64,000 bases of DNA from Candidatus Limnocylindrales bacterium. GTDB taxonomy: Bacteria; Chloroflexota; Limnocylindria; Limnocylindrales; CSP1-4. The stretch is taken from contig DATGGQ010000039.1 in assembly GCA_035308445.1 (NCBI GenBank), positions 16,875 to 80,874 on the forward strand, in the 5' to 3' direction. Within the stretch, counting starts at the first letter, position 1, and the number at the start of each line of letters is the position of its first letter. The notes beneath the pieces were generated by a model. The model ran no database searches. It worked only from the letters and a program-made list of their open reading frames with translations, and was not told where the DNA came from. Positions 38,657 to 46,698 of the stretch are shown here, piece by piece. The position numbers and the translations under genes were made by a program.

Positions 38657-40317
38657 TCACGAAGGCGCCGGAGCGGCGGCTGCTCCCGATGCTCGAGGTC
38701 GCGCCACCGACCCCGAGCGCGGGACGCCAAGCGAGCCGGCCCGCGGACGATCGCGTGGCCGAGTTTCGGCCGGAGACACGGGCGCTGCCCTCGTTCTTCG
38801 TCTGGACGCTCGGCTGCCAGATGAACCGGAGCGACTCGGAGGAGATGGCGGGCCGCCTGCTGGTCGCCGGCTGCGCCGAGTCCTTGACGATGGATGCGGC
38901 CGACCTGATCGTCATCAACACCTGTGCGATCCGGGAGGCGGCCGAAGCCAAGGTCGTCGGCCGCCAGGGCCGGCTGGCCGCGCTGAAGGCGGCGAATCCC
39001 GGGTTGCGGGTCGTCATGACCGGCTGCTCCGTCCGGGAGATGGACCGCACGCGCCTCGCGAAGCGGTATCCGGCGATCGACCTGTTCCTCCGCCCGGACG
39101 AGGAGCCGGAGCTCGTCGATCGGCTCGGGCTGGCATCGGCCCAGGCACCGGTCGGGCTGACCGGTCTTACGACCGGCGCGACGACCGTCGTCGGCCGGGC
39201 GGTCGTCGGCGTCGCGGACCACCTGGCCGCCACGCGGGCGAGCGCGGTCGGCAGCGGGGCGGTGCGGCGATCGTCGCCGACGTCGGCCTGGCTGCCGATC
39301 ATCTACGGCTGCGACAAGACCTGCACCTACTGCATCGTGCCGTTCAGTCGCGGCCCGGAGCGGAGCCGGCCATTCGACGAGATCGTCGACGAGGCTCGGA
39401 CGATCGCGAGCCAGGGCTTCCACGAGGTCACGCTGCTGGGCCAGAACGTGAACTCCTACGGGCACGACCTGGCGCCCGATCCGAGATTCCGGCACGTCCG
39501 GACGTCGCGCTGGGCCGGGCGCCGCCTCGACCTCGACGGCAAGCCTGATCTCGCGGAGCTCATCCGCGCCATCGACGGGGTCCGGACGGCGGACGGCGCT
39601 CCGGCCATCCCGCGCCTGCGCTTCATCACCTCGCATCCGTGGGACCTCTCGGATCGCCTCATCGAGGCGATGGCCGAGTGCCCATCGGTGTGCGAGGCCC
39701 TCCACCTGCCGGTCCAGTCGGGCGACGACGCGATGCTCCGCCGGATGGGCCGCCAATACACGATCGAGCACTATCTCGAGCGGCTCGCGCGGATCCGCGA
39801 AGCCGTCCCGGACATCGCGATCTCGACCGACGTGATCGTCGGGTTCTGCGGCGAGACGGAGGCCCAGTTCGAGTCGACGCTCCGCCTGCTCGACGCCGTC
39901 GGCTACGACCAGGTCTTCGCCGCGGCCTACTCGGAGCGGCCCGGGACGCCGGCGACGCACCTCGCCGACGACGTGCCAGCCGACGAGAAGCGACGCCGCC
40001 TCAATGTCCTCCTCGATCGGCAGGAGCCAATCGGCCACGACCGCAACCGGGCCTGGACCGGGCGGACCGTCGAGGTGCTGGTCGACGCGATCGTGCCGCC
40101 CCGCTCCCACGACCACGACCACGACCATGACGAGCCGATGGAGCGGATCGAGGCCGGCGCCGCGGGCGCGGCGGACGGCGACGTCGCCCTGTCTGGCCGA
40201 ACGCGGCAGAACAAGCTCGTTCACCTGGCCGGCCCGCCCGAGTGGGTCGGGCGCCTCGTCGGCGTGCGGATCGAGCATGCCGGCCCGTACTCGCTCCGGG
40301 GTTCCGCCGCCGCGTGA
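38653..40317 (+). CDS. miaB: tRNA (i6A37) methylthiotransferase MiaB (radical SAM)
   Basis: ORF 38653..40317. GTG overlaps the preceding stop (GTGA). Contains the MTTase N-domain TLGCQMN, the radical-SAM motif CDKTCTYC, and a TRAM domain carrying an (HD)4 insertion. Confidence 0.92.
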   Translation: MITKAPERRLLPMLEVAPPTPSAGRQASRPADDRVAEFRPETRALPSFFVWTLGCQMNRSDSEEMAGRLLVAGCAESLTMDAADLIVINTCAIREAAEAKVVGRQGRLAALKAANPGLRVVMTGCSVREMDRTRLAKRYPAIDLFLRPDEEPELVDRLGLASAQAPVGLTGLTTGATTVVGRAVVGVADHLAATRASAVGSGAVRRSSPTSAWLPIIYGCDKTCTYCIVPFSRGPERSRPFDEIVDEARTIASQGFHEVTLLGQNVNSYGHDLAPDPRFRHVRTSRWAGRRLDLDGKPDLAELIRAIDGVRTADGAPAIPRLRFITSHPWDLSDRLIEAMAECPSVCEALHLPVQSGDDAMLRRMGRQYTIEHYLERLARIREAVPDIAISTDVIVGFCGETEAQFESTLRLLDAVGYDQVFAAAYSERPGTPATHLADDVPADEKRRRLNVLLDRQEPIGHDRNRAWTGRTVEVLVDAIVPPRSHDHDHDHDEPMERIEAGAAGAADGDVALSGRTRQNKLVHLAGPPEWVGRLVGVRIEHAGPYSLRGSAAA

Positions 40318-41258
40318 CGGCGCCGCCGCTCCTCGTGATCGCCGGCCCGACCGCGACCGGCAAGACCGGCCTCTCGATCAAAGTCGCCCGACGCCTCCGA
40401 GCGGATGGCATCGCGGCCGAGATCATCTCGGCCGACTCGCGGCAGGTGTATCGCGGGCTCGACATCGGCACGGCCAAGGTCTCGGTGGGGGAGCGGGGAG
40501 GGGTCCCGCATCACGGCCTCGACCTCGTCGAGCCCGATCAGCCGTACTCGGTCGCCGACTACGTGCGCGACGCGCGAGGGGCGCTTGGCGGCATCGCCGA
40601 GCGGGGCGGCCTCGCGATCCTCGTGGGGGGCACGGGGCTGTACCTGCGGGCCATTGTCCGCGGCCTCGATCCGGAGGCCCTGCCATCCGATCCCGAGGCG
40701 CGCCGACGCATCAATGCCACGATCGAGGCCACCGGCGTCGACGCGGCCGCCGATCGACTCCGGACCCTGGCGCCTCTCCGCGCCGCGCGCGTCGACCTGC
40801 GCAACCCGCGGCGCGTCGCGCGGGCGCTCGAGGTGGCCGAGCTCATCGGCGACGAGCCGCTGCCTCCGGAGCGGCCATACGACGGCCCGATCGGCTGGGT
40901 CGGCCTGACCCTCGATGCGGCGACCCACGCGGCGTGGATCGGTCGGCGGGCCCGCTCGCAGTTCGAGGCTGGGCTCCTCGACGAGGCCCGTGCGCTGCGG
41001 GAGCGCTTCGATCCGACGCTGCCCGCGTTCTCGGCGATCGGCTATCGCGAGGCCTGGGCGGTCCTCGATGGCCAGCTGGACCTGGAGGCGGCGATCGAGC
41101 TCGACGCTCGACGCAATCGCCAGTTCGCGAAGCGACAGGCGACCTGGTTCCGCCGCGAGCCGGGCATGACCTGGCTCGATGCCGAAACCGACCAGGTCCC
41201 GACACTCCTCGAACTGGGGCGCCGGCTGGCGAGCTCCGCCGCCGCGGTGAAGGCGTAG
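40314..41258 (+). CDS. miaA: tRNA dimethylallyltransferase MiaA
   Basis: ORF 40242..41258 trimmed to GTG 40314, overlapping the miaB stop (GTGA). P-loop GPTATGKT; DSRQVYRGLDIGTAK. Confidence 0.92.
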   Translation: MTAPPLLVIAGPTATGKTGLSIKVARRLRADGIAAEIISADSRQVYRGLDIGTAKVSVGERGGVPHHGLDLVEPDQPYSVADYVRDARGALGGIAERGGLAILVGGTGLYLRAIVRGLDPEALPSDPEARRRINATIEATGVDAAADRLRTLAPLRAARVDLRNPRRVARALEVAELIGDEPLPPERPYDGPIGWVGLTLDAATHAAWIGRRARSQFEAGLLDEARALRERFDPTLPAFSAIGYREAWAVLDGQLDLEAAIELDARRNRQFAKRQATWFRREPGMTWLDAETDQVPTLLELGRRLASSAAAVKA

Positions 41259-41265
41259 ATCGTCC

Positions 41266-42453
41266 GTGGCTCGGCGGACGCCCGCGGCGATTCGGCTCGA
41301 CCCGCGCCGCGTCGCGGCCTGGCGGCTCGGGCGCCAGCTCATCGCGCCGGCGACGGCGACGAGCCCGGAGGAGATCGCGAAGCGCCTCGTCGGCGTCCAG
41401 GCCCAGGTCGTCTCAGCCGCGGCGCTGGCCGTGGCCCTGCGCAGCGACGGGCTGACGATCGACAGCGTTCCGGCGGCCCTCGCCGGGCGGCGTCTCGTTC
41501 GCGCGTGGGCGATGCGCGGCACGCTGCATGCGTTCGACGCGGACGACTACCCGGTGATCGTCGGCGCGCTCCGGCGACGCGACACCTGGCGACGACCCGT
41601 GTGGTTTCGGTACTTCGAGGTCACCGAGCCCGAGATGGAGGCGCTCATCGAGGCCGTCGGCGTCGTCCTCGACGACGCTCGCCCCCGGACGCGCCGCGAG
41701 CTGGCGGAGGACGTGGGGCGACGCCTCGGCCGGAATATCGACCGCCAGCTGTCGTCGAGCTGGGGCACCCTCCTCAAGCCGGCCGCGGATCGCGGCTATC
41801 TGATCCACGCGGCGGGGGAGGGGAATGCCGTCACCTTCACCCGCCCGAGCCGCTGGATCGGCCGTTGGCGGGAGGTCGATCCGGACCAGGCCATCCCGCT
41901 CGTCCTGCGTCGCTACCTCGCGGTCTACGGTCCCGCGTCCACCCACGAGGTCAGGCGCTGGTGGGGCGGCCTGCGATCGACGTTCATCCGGACCGCGCTC
42001 GAGTCGCTCGGCGAGACCATCGTGACCGTCGACGTGGACGGGTCGCAGGGCCTCCTGGCCGCGGCCGACATCCCGGGGATCGAGGCCACGGAGCCGTTCG
42101 CCGGCTCAGTCCACCTGCTCGGCCCGTTCGATCCGTTCATCGTCGGGGCAGGGGCGCGCGACGCGCTCATCCCGTCCGCCCGGTACGGGCGCGTCTCGCG
42201 GACCGCCGGCTGGATCTCGGCGGTGGTGCTCATCGACGGTGTCGTGGGCGGAATCTGGACGTCGTCACGGGCCGGAGACCAGACGACGGTCACCGTCGAG
42301 CTGTTCGATCGGGTGACGCGCACGATGAGGAGACGGCTGGCCGCTGCCGTCGATCGGCTGGGCGTCCGGCTGGGCACGCCGGTGACGCTCGCGTTCGGCC
42401 CGGTCCATGCCGACCAGCCGGCGTCAGTCGCCGGCGGAGCGGACGCGGACTAG
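41266..42453 (+). CDS. Winged-helix DNA-binding protein, YcaQ/AlkZ-like (putative interstrand-crosslink DNA glycosylase family)
   Basis: ORF 41266..42453. The N-terminal WRLGRQLI...LVGVQAQ and RAWAMRGTLH motifs are characteristic of the HTH_42/YcaQ family. Confidence 0.75.
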   Translation: MARRTPAAIRLDPRRVAAWRLGRQLIAPATATSPEEIAKRLVGVQAQVVSAAALAVALRSDGLTIDSVPAALAGRRLVRAWAMRGTLHAFDADDYPVIVGALRRRDTWRRPVWFRYFEVTEPEMEALIEAVGVVLDDARPRTRRELAEDVGRRLGRNIDRQLSSSWGTLLKPAADRGYLIHAAGEGNAVTFTRPSRWIGRWREVDPDQAIPLVLRRYLAVYGPASTHEVRRWWGGLRSTFIRTALESLGETIVTVDVDGSQGLLAAADIPGIEATEPFAGSVHLLGPFDPFIVGAGARDALIPSARYGRVSRTAGWISAVVLIDGVVGGIWTSSRAGDQTTVTVELFDRVTRTMRRRLAAAVDRLGVRLGTPVTLAFGPVHADQPASVAGGADAD

Positions 42454-42461
42454 GCCCGCCG

Positions 42462-42467
42462 TATCCT
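42462..42467 (+). promoter_or_regulatory. -10-like TATCCT 7 nt before the hflX ATG (leaderless candidate)
   Basis: cgTATCCT-gtcgcgg-ATG(42475) with no SD. Confidence 0.45.
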
Positions 42468-42474
42468 GTCGCGG

Positions 42475-43791
42475 ATGCCACGCCAGACGATGATCGAGCT
42501 CGAGGCACCGGTCGAGCGCGCCTTCCTGGTCGCCGTCGACACCGGCGACGACGGCGGCTGGACCGCGGAGGAATCGCTCGGCGAGCTCGCCAACCTCGCG
42601 ACGACCGCCGGCGCCGAGGTCGTCGGCGCCGAATGGCAGAACCGGCGCCACGTCGACCCCAACTGGTACATCGGCAAGGGCAAGGCGACGGAGCTCGTCG
42701 CCGCCAAGTCGGAGACCGGGTTCGACCTGCTCGTCGCCGACGACGAGCTGTCGCCGAGCCAGCAGAAGGCGCTCGAGCAGCTGTTGAACACGAAGGTCAT
42801 CGACCGCAGCCGCCTGATCCTCGACATCTTCGCCCTGCACGCCCGGACCCACGAAGGCCGCCTCCAGGTGGAGCTCGCCCAGCTCGAATACCAGCTGCCG
42901 CGGCTGACGCGCCTCTGGACGCACCTGTCGCGGACCGGTGGCGGCATCGGGACGCGGGGGCCCGGCGAGTCCCAGCTCGAGACGGACCGCCGGATCATCC
43001 GCGACCGGATCAAGAAGATGAAGGAGCGGGTCGAGGACGTCCGCCAGGCCCGGGCCACCGCGGCCCGCGGCCGGGACCGCCGGATGTGGCCAACCGTCGG
43101 CATCGTCGGCTACACCAACTCGGGCAAGTCGACCCTGCTGAACTCGCTCGTGGGCAGCGAGGTCACGCTCGCCGAGAACAAGCTCTTCGCGACCCTCGAC
43201 CCGACCTCGCGCCAGGTCCGCCTCGGCGACGGCCAGACGGCGATCCTGACCGATACCGTGGGCTTCATCCACAAGCTCCCGCACCAGCTCGTCGACGCGT
43301 TCCGGGCCACCCTCGAGGAGGTCAACCGGGCCGACGTCCTCATCGAGGTGGTCGACGCCTCCGACCCGCACCTGGCCGAGCATCGGGCGACCGTCCAGCA
43401 GGTGCTCGACGACCTCGGCGCGGGCGAGAAGCCCCGGCTCGTCGCCTACAACAAGGCCGACCTGCTCGATCCCGCCGCGGCGGCGGCCGGGCTGCACGCG
43501 CCGGCGGTCGGCGGGGCCGTCTCGATCTCGGCGCTGACCGGCTTCGGGCTCGACACGCTCCGGACCGAGCTCTCGGCGCTGCTCGCCTCGCTCTGGGTCG
43601 ACGTCGACGTCAGCGTGCTGTACACCGCCGGCGCGCTGCTCGCCCGGGTCCGGGAACGCGGGACCGTCGACATCGACTATCGGGCTCGAGACGTCCGGAT
43701 CCGCGGGCGCGTCGCGCCGGCCCTCGCCGCCGAGCTGACCGCCGCGGCCGCGACTGGCCGAACCGCCGACGAGGAGGACGATCGGTCATGA
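42475..43791 (+). CDS. hflX: GTPase HflX
   Basis: ORF 42475..43791 (HflX N-domain; G1 GYTNSGKST; DTVGF; NKAD). Confidence 0.93.
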   Translation: MPRQTMIELEAPVERAFLVAVDTGDDGGWTAEESLGELANLATTAGAEVVGAEWQNRRHVDPNWYIGKGKATELVAAKSETGFDLLVADDELSPSQQKALEQLLNTKVIDRSRLILDIFALHARTHEGRLQVELAQLEYQLPRLTRLWTHLSRTGGGIGTRGPGESQLETDRRIIRDRIKKMKERVEDVRQARATAARGRDRRMWPTVGIVGYTNSGKSTLLNSLVGSEVTLAENKLFATLDPTSRQVRLGDGQTAILTDTVGFIHKLPHQLVDAFRATLEEVNRADVLIEVVDASDPHLAEHRATVQQVLDDLGAGEKPRLVAYNKADLLDPAAAAAGLHAPAVGGAVSISALTGFGLDTLRTELSALLASLWVDVDVSVLYTAGALLARVRERGTVDIDYRARDVRIRGRVAPALAAELTAAAATGRTADEEDDRS

Positions 43792-44351
43792 GCCGCGAGG
43801 CGCGAGTTGCCGCCCACGAGCGCGACGCGCGCAACCGCGACGTCGTCTGGACGGTCGCCGACGGCCGCAACGGCCGACGGTGGCGCGAGCTCGCGGTCGA
43901 CGCCTCCGGTGCCGCCCGATCGCTCGTCCTCGAGACCGATGGCCAGGGCACCTGGCAACGGCTGGAGCTGAGCGGCGCGGACGGGTTGCTGACGCTGCAT
44001 CCCGAAGGCGATGGATCGATCCACGGCAACGTGACGTCGCGGGCCGGCGTCCGGCACCTCTCGCTGGGCAAGGTGAAGCCGGCCCGGATCGACATCCCGG
44101 GGTCGCTCGTCGCCGAGGCCGCGCTGTGCTGGGCGATGACGCGCCAGCTTCGGGTCGGCGAGCGCCGGACCATCGCGGTGGTCACGGTCGCCGAGCCCGT
44201 GACGGTCGCCCTCAGCGAGATCGTCGTCGAGCGGCGAACGACGGCCACCTGGGAGCTCCGGGACGGCGACCGTCGGCGCCTGGTCGAGCTCGACGAGGAT
44301 GGGCTCCCCGTCGGCCACCTCGGGGCCGATCGCTGGCCGCTGGAGGCCTGA
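43788..44351 (+). CDS. Hypothetical beta-rich protein, translationally coupled to hflX
   Basis: ATG 43788 overlaps the hflX stop (ATGA). This is the tail of spurious ORF 41505..44351 (MSREARVAAHERD...RWPLEA, 187 aa) and has high GC3. Confidence 0.6.
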   Translation: MSREARVAAHERDARNRDVVWTVADGRNGRRWRELAVDASGAARSLVLETDGQGTWQRLELSGADGLLTLHPEGDGSIHGNVTSRAGVRHLSLGKVKPARIDIPGSLVAEAALCWAMTRQLRVGERRTIAVVTVAEPVTVALSEIVVERRTTATWELRDGDRRRLVELDEDGLPVGHLGADRWPLEA

Positions 44352-44380
44352 CGAGGGTCGGTCCACCGGTGATCGCGCCG

Positions 44381-44615
44381 GATCGTGGACGGGCTGTGGA
44401 CGGGACCCCCGAAAACCGCCCCCGAACTTCGAAAGTCGTGGATAAGTCCCTTCCGGAGGGGTGTCGCCGGCCCCTACTCTTCGTCTTGCCCAGAGGGGCC
44501 TCGAAAACCTGCTGATCCCGGCGGTGCTTGCATCGCCAAGTCGGCCCTCGTGCTTGCATGGGGGACGATGGAGCAGTAAGGAGGCGGCGGTTCCTCTGGG
44601 CGTTTCGTTTTGCCC
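44381..44615 (+). repeat. Unit 1 of a tandemly duplicated noncoding element (candidate structured RNA or protein-binding array)
   Basis: Shares ordered blocks with unit 2: CGTGGAC-GGCTGTGGACG, CCCCCGAAA, an AT-rich mini-hairpin followed by GTGGATAAG, a hairpin with loop TCTTGCCC (44469-44500), two GTGCTTGCA boxes 26 nt apart (44524, 44550), GGAGGCGGCGGT, and GGGCGTTTCG. Local GC drops. Confidence 0.55.
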
Positions 44616-44718
44616 TCGGACACCGGGGGAGGCCGCCGACGGGAGGAGCCGGCGAGCCGGTCGGACGGGAGAGGTGGCGGAGCTCGGGGTCGGCGGGCTC
44701 CGCTCACCATCGCCGGGC

Positions 44719-44960
44719 CCTCGTGGATCGGCTGTGGACGATCCCCCGAAATCGGGCGTCCAAGATCCAATCTTGTGGATAAGGGCGTAGCGTGCGTCCC
44801 TGCCTGCCCCGTAGTCTTCCTCTTGCCCGAAGGGGCCCATGAACCAGCGGTAGCGAACCAGTCGGTGCTCGCATCGACAAGTCGCATCCAGTGCTTGCAC
44901 GGGAGGCGGCGGTCCGCTCGGCGGGACGAGGGTTCCTTCGGGCGTTTCGATTCCGCGGAC
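44719..44960 (+). repeat. Unit 2 of the tandemly duplicated noncoding element, immediately upstream of the CPBP gene
   Basis: Same block order, 338 nt downstream of unit 1. Perfect TGTGGATAA at 44774-44782. Hairpin 44806-44836 has compensatory changes relative to unit 1. GTGCTCGCA and GTGCTTGCA lie 26 nt apart (44865, 44891). Confidence 0.55.
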
Positions 44961-44990
44961 TGAGCTGACCGCCCGATCGCGCCATCGGCG

Positions 44991-45821
44991 GTGGCGCATC
45001 CTTCGCCCGTGCGGCCCTCCCAGGCGATCCAGGGCGTGGTGGTCGTGGCCGCGCTCGGCGTCGTCGCGGTCGTACAGCCGCTCCGGCCCTTCCTCGCCCT
45101 GGGTCTCGTCGTGCTGTACGTCCGATCGGGACCCCGCAGCGAACGGAGCCCGGCCCTGGGTGCGTCACTGCCGGTCGCCGCGATCCTGGCGTGGGGCGCG
45201 ATCGCGCAGCCCGAGGCAGCGGCCGCCGCCGCCCAATGCACGGACGTCTTCGCACCCCCCGCGGTCTGGCGGTTCCTCGAGGCGATCGTCGGCGTCGCCA
45301 TGCTCGGGCTTCTCATCGTGGAGCGGCGCGCCGACCTTGCCGAGCTCGGTGTCCGGATCGGATCGCCACGCGTCGCCGTCGCGGGGGTGGTGCTGGCGGT
45401 CGTCGGGGTGCCCGTCGCGCTGACGGCAGCGACGTGGCTCGGCGGCGCGGCGCTCGGCGGCTCGTTCTTCGGCGCGTACCAGCTCGACCTGTCGCAGCCG
45501 GCGGCGCTCGTGCCGGCGCTCCTCTTCGCGGTCTCGAATGCGTTCGCGGAGGAGGTCGCCTACCGTGGCGCCCTGATGCGCTGGCTCTCGCCCGGCATCG
45601 GCATCGTCGGCGCGAACCTCGGCCAGGCCGTCGTCTTCGGGCTCGCCCACACGGGCGCGGATTTCGTGGGCTCGGTGCTCCCGACCGCGACCGCGATGAT
45701 CCTCGCCGGCTTCATCGCGGGGGCCATCGCCAGGCGGTCGGGCTCCCTCGCCTTCGTGATCGCCGTCCACGCCGCGGCGGACATCCCGATCTACTACTTC
45801 TGGGCCTGTCGACTCGCATGA
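44991..45821 (+). CDS. CPBP-family intramembrane glutamic endopeptidase (CAAX protease/Abi)
   Basis: ORF 44991..45821 (GTG). Multi-TM protein with the EExxxR motif (FAEEVAYRG) and the FxxxH motif (VFGLAHTG). Confidence 0.85.
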   Translation: MAHPSPVRPSQAIQGVVVVAALGVVAVVQPLRPFLALGLVVLYVRSGPRSERSPALGASLPVAAILAWGAIAQPEAAAAAAQCTDVFAPPAVWRFLEAIVGVAMLGLLIVERRADLAELGVRIGSPRVAVAGVVLAVVGVPVALTAATWLGGAALGGSFFGAYQLDLSQPAALVPALLFAVSNAFAEEVAYRGALMRWLSPGIGIVGANLGQAVVFGLAHTGADFVGSVLPTATAMILAGFIAGAIARRSGSLAFVIAVHAAADIPIYYFWACRLA

Positions 45822-46642
45822 CGACCGCGGATCCCGTCGACCGCCAGATCGCCGCGGTCGTCGACCACCTCCGCGCGGATCTCGGCGACGAGCTCGTCGG
45901 CGCGTGGCTGTACGGCTCGGCCGTCGTCGGCGGCCTGCAGGCCCGGAGCGACATCGACCTGCTCGTGCTGGCGGGGAGTCGCCTGGCGCCCGATGCCAAG
46001 CGCCGATGCGCCGCCGCCCTGCTGGGGATCTCGGTGCCCCTCTCGAGACCGGCTCCCGATCGGCCCGGCGGCCGGCCGCTGGAGGTCACGATCGTCGCCG
46101 ACCCCGAGGTCCATCCATGGCGATCCGATGCCCGCCTCGAGCTCCAGTACGGGGAGTGGCTCCGGGCGACCTTCGAGGCCGGCGAGGTCGAGCCGCCGGA
46201 CGGTGGCGCCAGCCCCGACCTCGCGATGCTCATCGAGGCGGTCCGGCGCGATGGTCGAACCATCGTCGGACCACCGGCCCGGGTCGCCTTCGAGCCGATC
46301 CCCGGCCGCGACCTCGCGGCGGGCATGCTCGGCAGCCTCGACGCGCTCCTGGCCGACCTCGAGCCAGACACGGCGAACGTGCTCCTCACCCTGGTCCGGA
46401 TGTGGTTCACGCTCGAGACCGGCGAGATCGCGCCGAAGGACCTGGCGGCGGAGTGGGGGATGGCTCGATTGGCTCCCGAGGATCGGGCGGTCCTGGATCG
46501 GGCTCGAGCGGCATATCTCGGCGAGGATGCCGATTGGCGAAGCCTGGACATGTCCCGCATTCGCCGGGTCGCGGGCCGCCTGGCCGGCCAAGTGCGCCGG
46601 GCAGGCGAGGATGCGATCGCCGCCGATGCATCGACCCTGTAG
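45818..46642 (+). CDS. Aminoglycoside nucleotidyltransferase ANT(3'')/AadA-like (NTase domain plus DUF4111)
   Basis: ORF 45191..46642 trimmed to ATG 45818, overlapping the CPBP stop (ATGA). LYGSAVVGGLQARSDIDLLVL matches AadA LFGSAVDGGLKPHSDIDLLV. The C-terminal AAEWGMARLAPEDRAVLDRARAAYLG matches AadA AADWAMERLP...ARQAYLG. Confidence 0.85.
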   Translation: MTTADPVDRQIAAVVDHLRADLGDELVGAWLYGSAVVGGLQARSDIDLLVLAGSRLAPDAKRRCAAALLGISVPLSRPAPDRPGGRPLEVTIVADPEVHPWRSDARLELQYGEWLRATFEAGEVEPPDGGASPDLAMLIEAVRRDGRTIVGPPARVAFEPIPGRDLAAGMLGSLDALLADLEPDTANVLLTLVRMWFTLETGEIAPKDLAAEWGMARLAPEDRAVLDRARAAYLGEDADWRSLDMSRIRRVAGRLAGQVRRAGEDAIAADASTL

Positions 46643-46698
46643 CGCCGGGGGAGCGCGGCGATCCGACGCCCGGGCCGGCGATCGACGACCATGACGGG

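Noticed and set aside
44524-44558. Sigma-54 (-24 GG / -12 TTGCA) promoters at the GTGCTTGCA boxes
   Set aside because: The GG-to-GC spacing is off by one or more nucleotides in every copy, and the TGGCAC part of the consensus is absent.
44385-44963. Track ORFs inside the duplicated element (44385..44579, 44461..44790, 44528..44782 and 44610..44963 on the + strand; 44212..44559, 44474..45316 and 44704..45255 on the - strand)
   Set aside because: They use many A/T-ending rare codons (AAA, GAA, CTT, CGA, ATA, AGT, TCT), unlike real genes here. The unit-2 counterpart of the 64-aa ORF stops after 19 codons. The DNA blocks conserved between units fall into different frames. The products are Arg/Pro/Gly-rich nonsense.
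44376-44965. Chromosomal replication origin (oriC), suggested by six same-orientation DnaA-box-like 9-mers including a perfect TGTGGATAA
   Set aside because: There is no dnaA or dnaN nearby and no extended AT-rich unwinding element. Flanking genes on the left (hflX and others, + strand) point toward the site rather than away from it, which is the opposite of the usual origin-proximal orientation. Only 2 of 6 boxes match the 9-mer consensus at 8/9 or better. DnaA-titration or regulatory binding remains an open alternative in the finding.
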